Of a stretch of DNA of 64,000 nucleotides, positions 39,085 through 47,728 are shown one piece after another (the stretch's first letter is position 1; each line of letters opens with the position of its first letter). The DNA comes from Candidatus Moraniibacteriota bacterium (lineage in GTDB: Bacteria; Patescibacteriota; Minisyncoccia; Moranbacterales; UBA2206). The notes beneath the pieces were generated by a model. The model made no database searches and was not told where the DNA came from. It was given only the letters and a program-made list of their open reading frames with translations. The stretch is from the NCBI GenBank assembly GCA_013334765.1, contig JAAXWW010000001.1, positions 39,816-103,815 on the forward strand, given 5' to 3'. The translations under genes were made by a program, and so were the position numbers.

Positions 39085-40143
39085 ATGGCAAACATAAAAA
39101 ACAAAGAGATGGACAAGAAAGTGGACAACGTTGTTTCCGAGATCCGTGAAAAATTCGGAGAGGGAATAATCATGAAGCTGGGGGATGTGAAGAAGGTCGA
39201 TGTGGAGTCGATTCCGACCGGATCGATTTCGCTTGATTTGGCGTTGGGAATCGGCGGAATCCCAAGGGGTCGCGCGATCGAAATATATGGACCGGAATCT
39301 TCCGGGAAAACAACGCTTACTCTTCACTTGATTGCCAATCTGCAGAAAACCGGTGGCGTGGCTGCCTTTGTGGATGCGGAGCATGCTCTCGATCCTGAAT
39401 ATGCCAGGAAAATAGGAGTGAATATCAATGACCTTCTAATTTCTCAGCCGGATTATGGCGAGCAGGCATTGGATGTGGTCGATGCTCTTGCGTCTTCCGG
39501 TCAGGTCGGATTGATCGTGGTCGACTCTGTGGCTGCTTTGGTTCCGAAAGCGGAAATCGAAGGCGATATGGGAGATCATCATGTCGGCAGGCAGGCGCGT
39601 CTTATGTCGCAGGCTCTCAGGAAGATAACGCCGACTCTTTCAAAAACGAATTGCACGGTTATCTTTATCAATCAGATAAGGATGAAAATCGGAGTGATGT
39701 TCGGAAACCCTGAGACGACAACCGGAGGAGAAGCGCTCAAATTCTATTCATCCGTCCGCATCGAAGTGCGGCGAAGCGCGCAGATCAAGAAAGGCGAGGA
39801 TATCGTCGGGAACCGTACCAAGATCAAGGTAGTGAAGAACAAGGTGGCGCCGCCTTTCAAAACGACTGAATTCGATATCATGTATAACGAAGGGATTTCT
39901 TCCGAAGGGGATGTTCTCGACACGGGAGTGAAATACGAAGTGGTCACCAAGAAGGGCAATTCCTATTCTTTCGGAGAGGAGAAACTGGGCGTCGGTCGCG
40001 AAGCGGCCAAGGCCTATCTCAAAGGACAAAAAGGAAAGGTGGATGAGATTGCCAAAAAGATCATGGAAAAGACCAAAGAGATAGAGGCCGGCGAGATGCT
40101 TCCGGAGGCATCTGAGGAGCCAGCGGAAGCCAAGAAAAAATAG
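39085..40143 (+). CDS. recA: recombinase RecA
   Basis: Walker [10 protein letters not shown], the L1/L2 loops, [32 protein letters not shown]; 352 aa. Confidence 0.95.
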   Translation: MANIKNKEMDKKVDNVVSEIREKFGEGIIMKLGDVKKVDVESIPTGSISLDLALGIGGIPRGRAIEIYGPESSGKTTLTLHLIANLQKTGGVAAFVDAEHALDPEYARKIGVNINDLLISQPDYGEQALDVVDALASSGQVGLIVVDSVAALVPKAEIEGDMGDHHVGRQARLMSQALRKITPTLSKTNCTVIFINQIRMKIGVMFGNPETTTGGEALKFYSSVRIEVRRSAQIKKGEDIVGNRTKIKVVKNKVAPPFKTTEFDIMYNEGISSEGDVLDTGVKYEVVTKKGNSYSFGEEKLGVGREAAKAYLKGQKGKVDEIAKKIMEKTKEIEAGEMLPEASEEPAEAKKK

Positions 40144-40253
40144 TTAGAATTCTTACAGAAAAGCGTCCCGCCACGGTGAGGCGCTTTTCTTGATTTATTT
40201 CTCTTCTTTGGCTAGACTGGAAGAAAGTTAATTTTTTATGTTTTCTAAAGTTT

Positions 40254-40868
40254 ATGGAAAATCATCCAAAGAAAGAAAGGACGCTGGTTATCATCAAGCC
40301 GGACGGAGTGCAAAGAACCCTCATTGGGGAAATCATCAAACGCTATGAGAGAGTGGGGCTCAAAATGGTCGCCCTTAAGATGCTTGCCGCTACTGAAGAG
40401 ATGGCGACGAAGCACTATTATGAAGTGGGAGGAGATGAATGGCTCGAAGAAGTGGGAAGGAAAGCCGCGGCGGCTTATGAGAAGAAAGGGATGAAATCTC
40501 CGTATCCGACTTTCAAAGATAACGGAATCGCTATCATGAAAGCCAATGCGAAATATCTGAGTTCCGGTCCGGTCATCGCGATGATCTGGCAAGGGAACAA
40601 TGCGACCGCATTGGTCAGGAAAATCACCGGAAGCACCGAGCCGGCATCATCTGATATGGGAACAATCCGCGGAGATTTCACCTTGGATACATATATGATT
40701 GCCGATACTGATGAAAGAAGCATCAGGAACCTGATTCATGCTTCTGGAAACACGGAAGAGGCGGAAAAGGAAATTCCGATCTGGTTCAAACCGGAAGAAA
40801 TCCTGAGCTATCGCCTTATCGCCGATGAGATTCTTTACGATATCAATCTGGACGGGATATTGGAATAG
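40254..40868 (+). CDS. ndk: nucleoside-diphosphate kinase (long form with insertion)
   Basis: ERTLVIIKPDGVQR, IRGDF.., NLIHASGN (active-site His context). At 204 aa it is longer than the typical ~140 aa. Confidence 0.8.
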   Translation: MENHPKKERTLVIIKPDGVQRTLIGEIIKRYERVGLKMVALKMLAATEEMATKHYYEVGGDEWLEEVGRKAAAAYEKKGMKSPYPTFKDNGIAIMKANAKYLSSGPVIAMIWQGNNATALVRKITGSTEPASSDMGTIRGDFTLDTYMIADTDERSIRNLIHASGNTEEAEKEIPIWFKPEEILSYRLIADEILYDINLDGILE

Positions 40869-41013
40869 GTTAAGGCTCATACAAACGTTTGAAAAAATGC
40901 TCGCATTCTTCAGAAATGCGGGCATTTTTTATTTTCCATAGGCTGTAGGCAGATATTATTTTGCACATCATCTCATTTGATGTATAATAGGGTTGTTATT
41001 ATAGAAAATAAAA

Positions 41014-41304
41014 ATGTACTACGAGCCGAAAAAAATAAATTATAATAAACTAGTCATTCTCGTTATTGTTATTGTGACGCTGGCAATGTTTTTGATTATT
41101 GCTGTGCCGCTGATTGGCAATAAAAACAACAACAAAGAAACTGACTTGACAGCGCCGAACGATTATGAAAAAGATGAACGGCAGAAGAACTTGAGCGAGC
41201 AAGTGGATAAAATTGAAAGCATAAAATCAAGCATGACTGACAAGAACGACAAGACGCTTGAACAGCAAATGAAAGAGATGGACACAATTAGGAATGGCAA
41301 ATAA
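41014..41304 (+). CDS. hypothetical membrane-anchored protein
   Basis: 96 aa with an N-terminal TM helix and a charged tail. Confidence 0.45.
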   Translation: MYYEPKKINYNKLVILVIVIVTLAMFLIIAVPLIGNKNNNKETDLTAPNDYEKDERQKNLSEQVDKIESIKSSMTDKNDKTLEQQMKEMDTIRNGK

Positions 41305-41338
41305 ATGTTTAGGCGATAATAATTTTAAAATAATAAGC

Positions 41339-42064
41339 ATGAGAATGAAAATAAAAAAAGCGATACTAGCTATTCCGGCAGTGTCGTCATGGATGATTCT
41401 CGGAATAATTATCGGGGCATGGGTGCATTTTTCCAACGCATGGGTCGGGCCGACCGAGTCTCCTGCGGGCGGGAATGTCGGAGCTCCGATAAATACCAGT
41501 CAAAATACTCAGGTCAAATCCGGAGGATTGGGGATAGGCGGACTTCTTCAAGTAGCTGGAAATGGATTTTTTCAATTGAATAATAACGTAGCTCAAGCGG
41601 ATCTTACCCCGGCTCCGGTTGGTACTGCTCCTGAGCCAGGCTCAGTCCTTACAGCGGTTGATACGAATGGTACTGCTGCTTGGGTTAAAGGTGTAAGCGC
41701 TGTGGCTGGGAGTCCCGCTTTCACTCTAGTTAGCGCGGGTAATATCAGTTGTCCAAGTGGTTATACTACATTCAAATCACACAATGATGCTCTTGAAAAC
41801 TACACTGTCCATGTCTTGATTTGTGCTAGCTCAAATTCCCCTTCGTCCTATCAGGACGAGTGCTTTTCTAATATTCCTGGCGCTAACGACTATGGAAGCG
41901 GTACTGCCCCAAATGTCAATACGAAGTGTCCCGATAGCTGTGCTTCCGGGTATAAAGTTGTTGCGGATAGTAGCATGAAAACGGGAACTTGGTGGGGAAG
42001 CGGCGATTCTGTCAATAATCCTAAAATCAACGTGATGGCTACACGCGTTTGTGTCAAGGAATAA
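41339..42064 (+). CDS. secreted/membrane-anchored Cys-rich hypothetical protein
   Basis: Signal/TM segment. Gly-rich and Cys-containing C-terminal region. Start chosen at MRMKIKK after the upstream stop. Confidence 0.45.
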   Translation: MRMKIKKAILAIPAVSSWMILGIIIGAWVHFSNAWVGPTESPAGGNVGAPINTSQNTQVKSGGLGIGGLLQVAGNGFFQLNNNVAQADLTPAPVGTAPEPGSVLTAVDTNGTAAWVKGVSAVAGSPAFTLVSAGNISCPSGYTTFKSHNDALENYTVHVLICASSNSPSSYQDECFSNIPGANDYGSGTAPNVNTKCPDSCASGYKVVADSSMKTGTWWGSGDSVNNPKINVMATRVCVKE

Positions 42065-42090
42065 GAAAGAGTTTGTATTCCAGACTTCGA

Positions 42091-42130
42091 ATAATAGAAA
42101 ATCCCGCTTTTGGCGGGATTTTCTATTATT
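42091..42130. terminator. bidirectional terminator (17-bp stem)
   Basis: ATAATAGAAAATCCCGC-ttttg-GCGGGATTTTCTATTAT between convergent genes. Confidence 0.7.
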
Positions 42131-42302
42131 CAGCTTTCTTGTTCATGGTCTTCAGGCAGCGGGTGCAGATTTTCTTCCTTTCCCCTTCAACCTTCTTGCT
42201 TTGGAGGTTTATGCTGAATTTCCTAAGTGTTTTGACGTTGGAATGGCTGACGGCGTTTCCGGTCTGGGAACCGCGGCCGCAGATGTCGCATACTCGGCTC
42301 AT
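42126..42302 (-). CDS. rpmB: 50S ribosomal protein L28 (zinc-binding C+ form)
   Basis: MSRVCDICGRGSQTGNAVSHSNVKTLRKF..KKICTRCLK. Start taken at the internal MSRVC. Confidence 0.8.
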   Translation of the reverse strand: MSRVCDICGRGSQTGNAVSHSNVKTLRKFSINLQSKKVEGERKKICTRCLKTMNKKAE

Positions 42303-42429
42303 AGTCATGAAACATGGAGCACGAAGCATAGAACGGAGTGGAACGAAATATTGTTCCATGTTCCATGTTATGTGTTACATGAGGTGGTTGATTTATTACA
42401 GAATATACGTTAGCATGGGATAGTAATAT

Positions 42430-43140
42430 TTGCAAGAAACTGCCATGGCGAACGAAATAGTCCTAGTCGTGTTCTATGTTATCATCCTGCTTTATTCGGT
42501 GATCATCCACGAGGTTTTTCATGGCATCGCGGCGATGTGGATGGGGGACAATACGGCCAAATATGCCGGACGCATCACTTTCAATCCTCTGAAACACATT
42601 GATCCGTGGCTGACTATCGGCATGCCGATGCTGATGCTTTTCCTGACCGGCGGTAAATTCGCCTTCGGTTCCGCCAAACCGGTGCCATATAACCCGTATA
42701 ATCTCAAGAATCAGAAATGGGGACCGGCGCTGGTGGCTCTTGCTGGGCCTGGCATAAATATCCTGATCGCCCTTATTGCGGCTATTGCAGCCAAGCTGAT
42801 AACCCTGCCTTTGGCTTCCAAAGTGGATATCATCTCCAATTTCAATGAATGGGGCAACATTTCCTATGCGATTTCCGGGTCTGTCGGAGCCATATTCTAT
42901 GAATTGCTGGTCATTATCATATTCTGGAACGTTTTTCTGGCCTTTTTCAATCTGATCCCGATTCCGCCGCTGGACGGTTCCAAGCTTCTTTTCGCGATTA
43001 TTCCAGTGAGTGTCGAAACCATGGCAATGCTTGAGCAATTCGGTTTCATTCTTCTGCTTTTCGCGATCTTCTTCTTTTCGGGACCGCTTGGCGCATTCCT
43101 GAACCTGATGCTCAATCTCTTTTTAGGGATAGCGATATAG
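42430..43140 (+). CDS. site-2 protease-family (M50) zinc metalloprotease
   Basis: HEVFHG (HExxH) within a TM helix; a polytopic 236-aa protein. Confidence 0.65.
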   Translation: MQETAMANEIVLVVFYVIILLYSVIIHEVFHGIAAMWMGDNTAKYAGRITFNPLKHIDPWLTIGMPMLMLFLTGGKFAFGSAKPVPYNPYNLKNQKWGPALVALAGPGINILIALIAAIAAKLITLPLASKVDIISNFNEWGNISYAISGSVGAIFYELLVIIIFWNVFLAFFNLIPIPPLDGSKLLFAIIPVSVETMAMLEQFGFILLLFAIFFFSGPLGAFLNLMLNLFLGIAI

Positions 43141-43156
43141 GAAATACGGTAAAATA

Positions 43157-43185
43157 TTGACAGTTTATCCATTATCCTATATGAT
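43157..43185 (+). promoter_or_regulatory. sigma70-type promoter for the str operon
   Basis: TTGACA, a 17-nt spacer, then TATGAT, about 60 nt upstream of rpsL. Confidence 0.55.
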
Positions 43186-43243
43186 TATTTTGCTAGTTTT
43201 CTAGCGTCTTTTTTTGTTAATTCTACAACCTACAATCATTGTT

Positions 43244-43663
43244 ATGCCAACGATCAATCAATTGAAACGCCGTCCGAGAAAGCCTCTTAGTGAAAAATCC
43301 AAAGCGCCTGCTTTCGGACATGTTTTTAATACCATAAAGAACAAGCCGATTTCGACTGAAAGCCCGTTCAAGCGAGGGGTGTGTCTCAAGGTTTCGACTA
43401 CCACCCCGAAGAAACCTAACTCGGCTCTTAGAAAGATCGCGAGGGTTCGCCTCACCAATGGAATGGAAGTTACCGCTTATATTCCAGGAATCGGGCATAA
43501 TCTTCAGGAACACTCAATCGTCATGCTGCGCGGAGGAAGAGTGAAAGACCTTCCGGGTGTGAGATATCACATCGTTCGCGGAGTGCTCGACACGGCCGGA
43601 ACTGCCGGAAGGAAAAGAGGACGCAGCAAATACGGAGCGAAGAAGGAAAAAGCGAAAGAATAA
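43244..43663 (+). CDS. rpsL: 30S ribosomal protein S12
   Basis: [51 protein letters not shown] with a basic C-terminal extension. Confidence 0.95.
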   Translation: MPTINQLKRRPRKPLSEKSKAPAFGHVFNTIKNKPISTESPFKRGVCLKVSTTTPKKPNSALRKIARVRLTNGMEVTAYIPGIGHNLQEHSIVMLRGGRVKDLPGVRYHIVRGVLDTAGTAGRKRGRSKYGAKKEKAKE

Positions 43664-43716
43664 TCATAAAGTAAAGAACAGAGGTTTATAGATGGCTTAT
43701 AAACTTCCAACCAATT

Positions 43717-44184
43717 ATGGCACGAAGAAAAAGGACATTCGAAAAGCATGTAAAGCCGGACACCAAATACGGCAATTTGCTGGTGGGGAAATTCATCAAC
43801 AATATCATGCAGGAAGGAAAGAGGACCACAGCTGAAAAGATCATCTATGATTCATTCGACATAATCCATGAAAGGACCAAAAAGGGAGGGCTCAATATTT
43901 TCGAACAGGCCCTCAAGAACGTTTCTCCGCTGGTAGAGCTCAAAAGCCGCCGCGTCGGAGGAGCCAACTATCAGGTTCCTGTTCCGGTTGCCGGAGAAAG
44001 AAGGACGACGCTGGCTATCCGCTGGATAAAGGCTGCCGTCAAGAACAAGAAAGGCAAGAAAATGGCTGAGAAGCTGGCTGATGAGCTGATCGACGCTTCG
44101 AACAAGATCGGGGCTTCAATGAAGAAACGCGAAGATGTTCACAGGATGGCTGACGCTAACAAGGCGTTCGCTCACTTTGCATAA
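43717..44184 (+). CDS. rpsG: 30S ribosomal protein S7
   Basis: MARRKR..KYGN..V.KFIN..M..GKR..AEKI.Y; 155 aa. Confidence 0.95.
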   Translation: MARRKRTFEKHVKPDTKYGNLLVGKFINNIMQEGKRTTAEKIIYDSFDIIHERTKKGGLNIFEQALKNVSPLVELKSRRVGGANYQVPVPVAGERRTTLAIRWIKAAVKNKKGKKMAEKLADELIDASNKIGASMKKREDVHRMADANKAFAHFA

Positions 44185-44355
44185 AAGAGCACGAAAAGAA
44201 TTTGGGATTTTGAATTCAGAATTCGGAATGGGAATATAGGGACTGGAATCTGGAATGCTATTTCGGGTTTCTCCATTCTTTATTCTCGTTCTTGATTCTG
44301 AATACTTCGATCCCAGATTCTTTTTTTAATATTTTTAAACAAGTAACAAAAAATA

Positions 44356-46443
44356 ATGGCAAGAAAGGAACCGATTGAAAAATATCGAAATATCGGAATC
44401 ATCGCGCATATCGATGGCGGGAAAACGACCACCACGGAGCGCATTTTGTTTTACACAGGAATAACCCACAAGATCGGAGAAGTGCATGAAGGCGCGGCTA
44501 CTATGGACTGGATGGAGCAGGAAAGGGAGCGCGGAATCACTATAACTTCTGCTGCTACGACCTGTTTTTGGAAAGATCACCAGATCAACATCATCGATAC
44601 CCCGGGACATGTCGACTTCACAGTCGAAGTGGAGAGATCCCTTCGCGTGCTTGACGGCGCCGTCGTCATTTTCGATGGGAAGGAAGGAGTCGAGCCGCAA
44701 TCGGAAACGGTTTGGAGGCAGGCTGACAAATACAATGTTCCAAGGATCTGCTTCGTGAACAAGATCGACAAAGAAGGTGCCGACTTCTATTTTGTCTTGA
44801 AAACCATCTGGGATCGTCTCACCCCGAATGCCATCGCTCTCCAGATTCCGATCGGAGAAAGAGGCGACTTTTCCGGTGTTGCGGATCTCGTCAAGATGAA
44901 AGCCTATTCATTTGAAGGCGATATGGGAGAAAAGGTTGTCGAAGGAGAAATCCCTGCCGAGCTCATGGACAAGGCCAAGGAGTGGAGAGAGAAAATGATC
45001 GAAAAGATTTCTGAGACTGACGAAGCCTTGACTGAGAAATATCTGAGCGGGGAAGAAATAACCGAGGCCGAATTGAAAGCGGCTCTGAGGCGCGCGGTCA
45101 TCGACGTCAAGCTCATCCCGGTTTTCACGGGAACGGCTCTTCGCAACAAAGGGGTGCAATTAGTGCTGGATGCAGTGGTTGACTATCTGCCGGCTCCGAC
45201 CGATGTGGCCGCTCCCCACGCGACCGATGTCAAAGATGAAACCAAGGATATCGAAATCAAGCAGGCCGATGAAGCGCCTTTTGCCGCTTTGGCTTTCAAA
45301 GTCGCAACCGATCCTTTTGTCGGGCAGTTGACATTCTTCCGGGTATATTCAGGAGTATTGAAAGCCGGATCATATATCCTCAACTCGTCGAAGGGAGAAA
45401 AGGAAAGGGTAGGACGCATCATGCAGATGCATTCCAATCACAGGGAGGAAATTTCCGAGATATATGCCGGCGGAATCGGCGCATTGGTCGGAATGAAAAA
45501 CACGACTACCGGAGACACGCTTTGCGATATCGACAAGCCGGTTCTTCTCGAGTCGATTACTTTCCCGGAACCGGTCATCTCGATCGCGATCGAACCGAAA
45601 ACCAAAGCCGACCAGGAAAAGATGGGCGTGGCGCTCAGGAAGCTTGCAGAGGAAGATCCTACTTTCAAAGTCCACACTGACGAAGAAACTGGGCAGACGA
45701 TCGTTTCCGGGATGGGCGAGCTTCATCTGGACATCATTGTCGACCGCATGAAGCGCGAATTCAAAGTTGAAGCCAATATCGGACAGCCTCAGGTCGCATA
45801 TCGCGAAACCATCAGAACGAAAGCGGAAGCGGAAGGGAAATATATCAAACAGTCCGGTGGACGCGGGCAATACGGTCATTGTTGGATCCGCTTGGAACCG
45901 CAAGAGCCGGGCGAAGGATTCGAATTCGTTGATGAGATCAAAGGAGGAGTCATTCCTCAGGAATATATCACTCCGATCGGAAAAGGAGTCAAGGAGGCTA
46001 TGGACAACGGAGTCGTGGCAGGATACCCGATGGTGGATATCAAAGCGACCGTGTATGACGGATCGTTCCATGAAGTCGACTCATCCGAAGCGGCCTTCAG
46101 GATTTCCGGATCCATGGCTTTCAAGGAAGCGGCTCGTCGAGCCAACCCGGTCCTTCTGGAGCCTATCATGAAGGTCCAGGTGACTACTCCGGAACAGTTC
46201 ATGGGTGATGTCGTCGGAGACTTGAATTCCAAGCGCGGAATCATCAGGGAGATGAATGACCGCGGCGAAGGGAACGCCAGAGTCAAGCTTATCGATGCCG
46301 AAGTGCCGCTTTCCGCGATGTTCGGCTATACCACTACTCTTCGTTCCATGACCCAGGGTCGCGCGACATCCTCGATGGAGTTCGGTCATTATGCCGAAGT
46401 TCCGAGGAATGTAGCGGAGGAAATCGTCGGAGGGAAGAAATAA
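44356..46443 (+). CDS. fusA: elongation factor G
   Basis: [28 protein letters not shown] and domains II-V; 695 aa. Confidence 0.95.
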   Translation: MARKEPIEKYRNIGIIAHIDGGKTTTTERILFYTGITHKIGEVHEGAATMDWMEQERERGITITSAATTCFWKDHQINIIDTPGHVDFTVEVERSLRVLDGAVVIFDGKEGVEPQSETVWRQADKYNVPRICFVNKIDKEGADFYFVLKTIWDRLTPNAIALQIPIGERGDFSGVADLVKMKAYSFEGDMGEKVVEGEIPAELMDKAKEWREKMIEKISETDEALTEKYLSGEEITEAELKAALRRAVIDVKLIPVFTGTALRNKGVQLVLDAVVDYLPAPTDVAAPHATDVKDETKDIEIKQADEAPFAALAFKVATDPFVGQLTFFRVYSGVLKAGSYILNSSKGEKERVGRIMQMHSNHREEISEIYAGGIGALVGMKNTTTGDTLCDIDKPVLLESITFPEPVISIAIEPKTKADQEKMGVALRKLAEEDPTFKVHTDEETGQTIVSGMGELHLDIIVDRMKREFKVEANIGQPQVAYRETIRTKAEAEGKYIKQSGGRGQYGHCWIRLEPQEPGEGFEFVDEIKGGVIPQEYITPIGKGVKEAMDNGVVAGYPMVDIKATVYDGSFHEVDSSEAAFRISGSMAFKEAARRANPVLLEPIMKVQVTTPEQFMGDVVGDLNSKRGIIREMNDRGEGNARVKLIDAEVPLSAMFGYTTTLRSMTQGRATSSMEFGHYAEVPRNVAEEIVGGKK

Positions 46444-46528
46444 CAAGGTGAAACACGTTTCAAATAGAAAGACAACCCCGAGCAATCGGGGTTGTTTCTA
46501 TCTTGTTTTTATGCTAGAATAAGGACAT

Positions 46529-46756
46529 ATGAATTTTAGACAAGCCCTATTTTGGGATACGAATCCCTCTAAAATAGACCCGAAGAAAAACGCCGGATAT
46601 GTAATTGAGCGGGTTTTGGATTTGGGCAATGACAAAGAGGTCAAGTGGGTGCTGAAAAATTATAGCAAAGCAACACTCAAAAAAACGGTTGCTAAATCAA
46701 GGTCTTTATCTCCGCGAACAAAATCATTATGGAAGTTGATACTCAAAATGAAATAA
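46529..46756 (+). CDS. small protein translationally coupled to the AbiEii-like gene (candidate antitoxin/partner)
   Basis: 75 aa. It overlaps the downstream gene start by 28 nt. No recognised fold. The antitoxin role is inferred from the operon arrangement only. Confidence 0.4.
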   Translation: MNFRQALFWDTNPSKIDPKKNAGYVIERVLDLGNDKEVKWVLKNYSKATLKKTVAKSRSLSPRTKSLWKLILKMK

Positions 46757-47403
46757 GCTGGCATCTTTCCGCTTTGCCGCCAAAAACCAAAAAAGCCCTG
46801 GACTTTTTGTCCGCTCAGAAATGGCTGGAAAAATCAAGTTGGTATTTGGCGGGCGGCACTGCGCTTGCCCTTCAAGCAGGCCACAGAAAGTCCGTTGACT
46901 TGGATTTTTTTACTCAAGAAAGAGATTTCAATGATGTCACATTGCTGAATCATTTTGCTGGAAATAATGACTGGAAGATCACCATCAATCAAGAGGGTAC
47001 GGTTTATGGGGAATTGTTCGGGGCTAAGATCAGTTTTATTGCGTATCCCTTTTTTATTCCTGAGGGTTATGCAAAATACGGTTCATTGAAAGTGATCCGA
47101 TCTGTCGATGTTGCAGTGATGAAAATCATTGCGATTTCCCAGCGCGGCCGCAAGCGCGACTTCTTTGATCTTTACTGGTGCGCGAAAAATGTCGAACCTC
47201 TTGAGATAACGGCGAAGCGTCTTAAAAAACAATATCCGGCAGTGGCGCATGACTATCATCATATATTGAAAAGCTTGGTATATTTTGCCGATGCTGAGGA
47301 CGATCCGATGCCGGAAATAAAATTTAAGGCAAACTGGAGCGAAGTGAAGAAGTTCTTTATGAGGGAGGTCCCGGAGCTAGCGCATAAATTACTGGCGCCA
47401 TAA
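46729..47403 (+). CDS. nucleotidyltransferase, AbiEii/AbiGii toxin family (DUF1814-like)
   Basis: NTase signature AGGTALALQAGHRKSVDLDFF (hG[GS]..DhD) and a downstream Asp/charged cluster; 224 aa. Confidence 0.65.
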   Translation: MEVDTQNEISWHLSALPPKTKKALDFLSAQKWLEKSSWYLAGGTALALQAGHRKSVDLDFFTQERDFNDVTLLNHFAGNNDWKITINQEGTVYGELFGAKISFIAYPFFIPEGYAKYGSLKVIRSVDVAVMKIIAISQRGRKRDFFDLYWCAKNVEPLEITAKRLKKQYPAVAHDYHHILKSLVYFADAEDDPMPEIKFKANWSEVKKFFMREVPELAHKLLAP

Positions 47404-47579
47404 ACTAAACTCCAGTCAACTCAGAAGTCCTGCCACGGCGCTTTTCTTGCACGTTTTTCATATTGTGATAAAATATCTTCATAAAACAAAAAATCCATGA
47501 TTTCCGATATCAAAAAAAATCCGATAAGAAAAACTTCCATGACAGCCGGCCGGCTTCCGGTTTTTTGCGCGGATATGCC

Positions 47580-47590
47580 GGGGGGGGGGG
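47580..47590. repeat. homopolymeric G tract (about 11 G)
   Basis: CCG GGGGGGGGGG CTT read directly. It lies 140 nt upstream of the start of the large surface protein gene. The 12-nt palindrome AGCCGGCCGGCT lies just upstream. Confidence 0.8.
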
Positions 47591-47728
47591 CTTAAAAGCG
47601 GAGCTTTCGGATTTTCAGCTGAAATAAGGGATTTTTTCGAATCAGGATATTTAACCATATAGGAACCGTCATCCGGTTCTTTTTTTTGTTTTCAAAAATA
47701 AAAATAATCCAAGATATCGACAAAAAAT

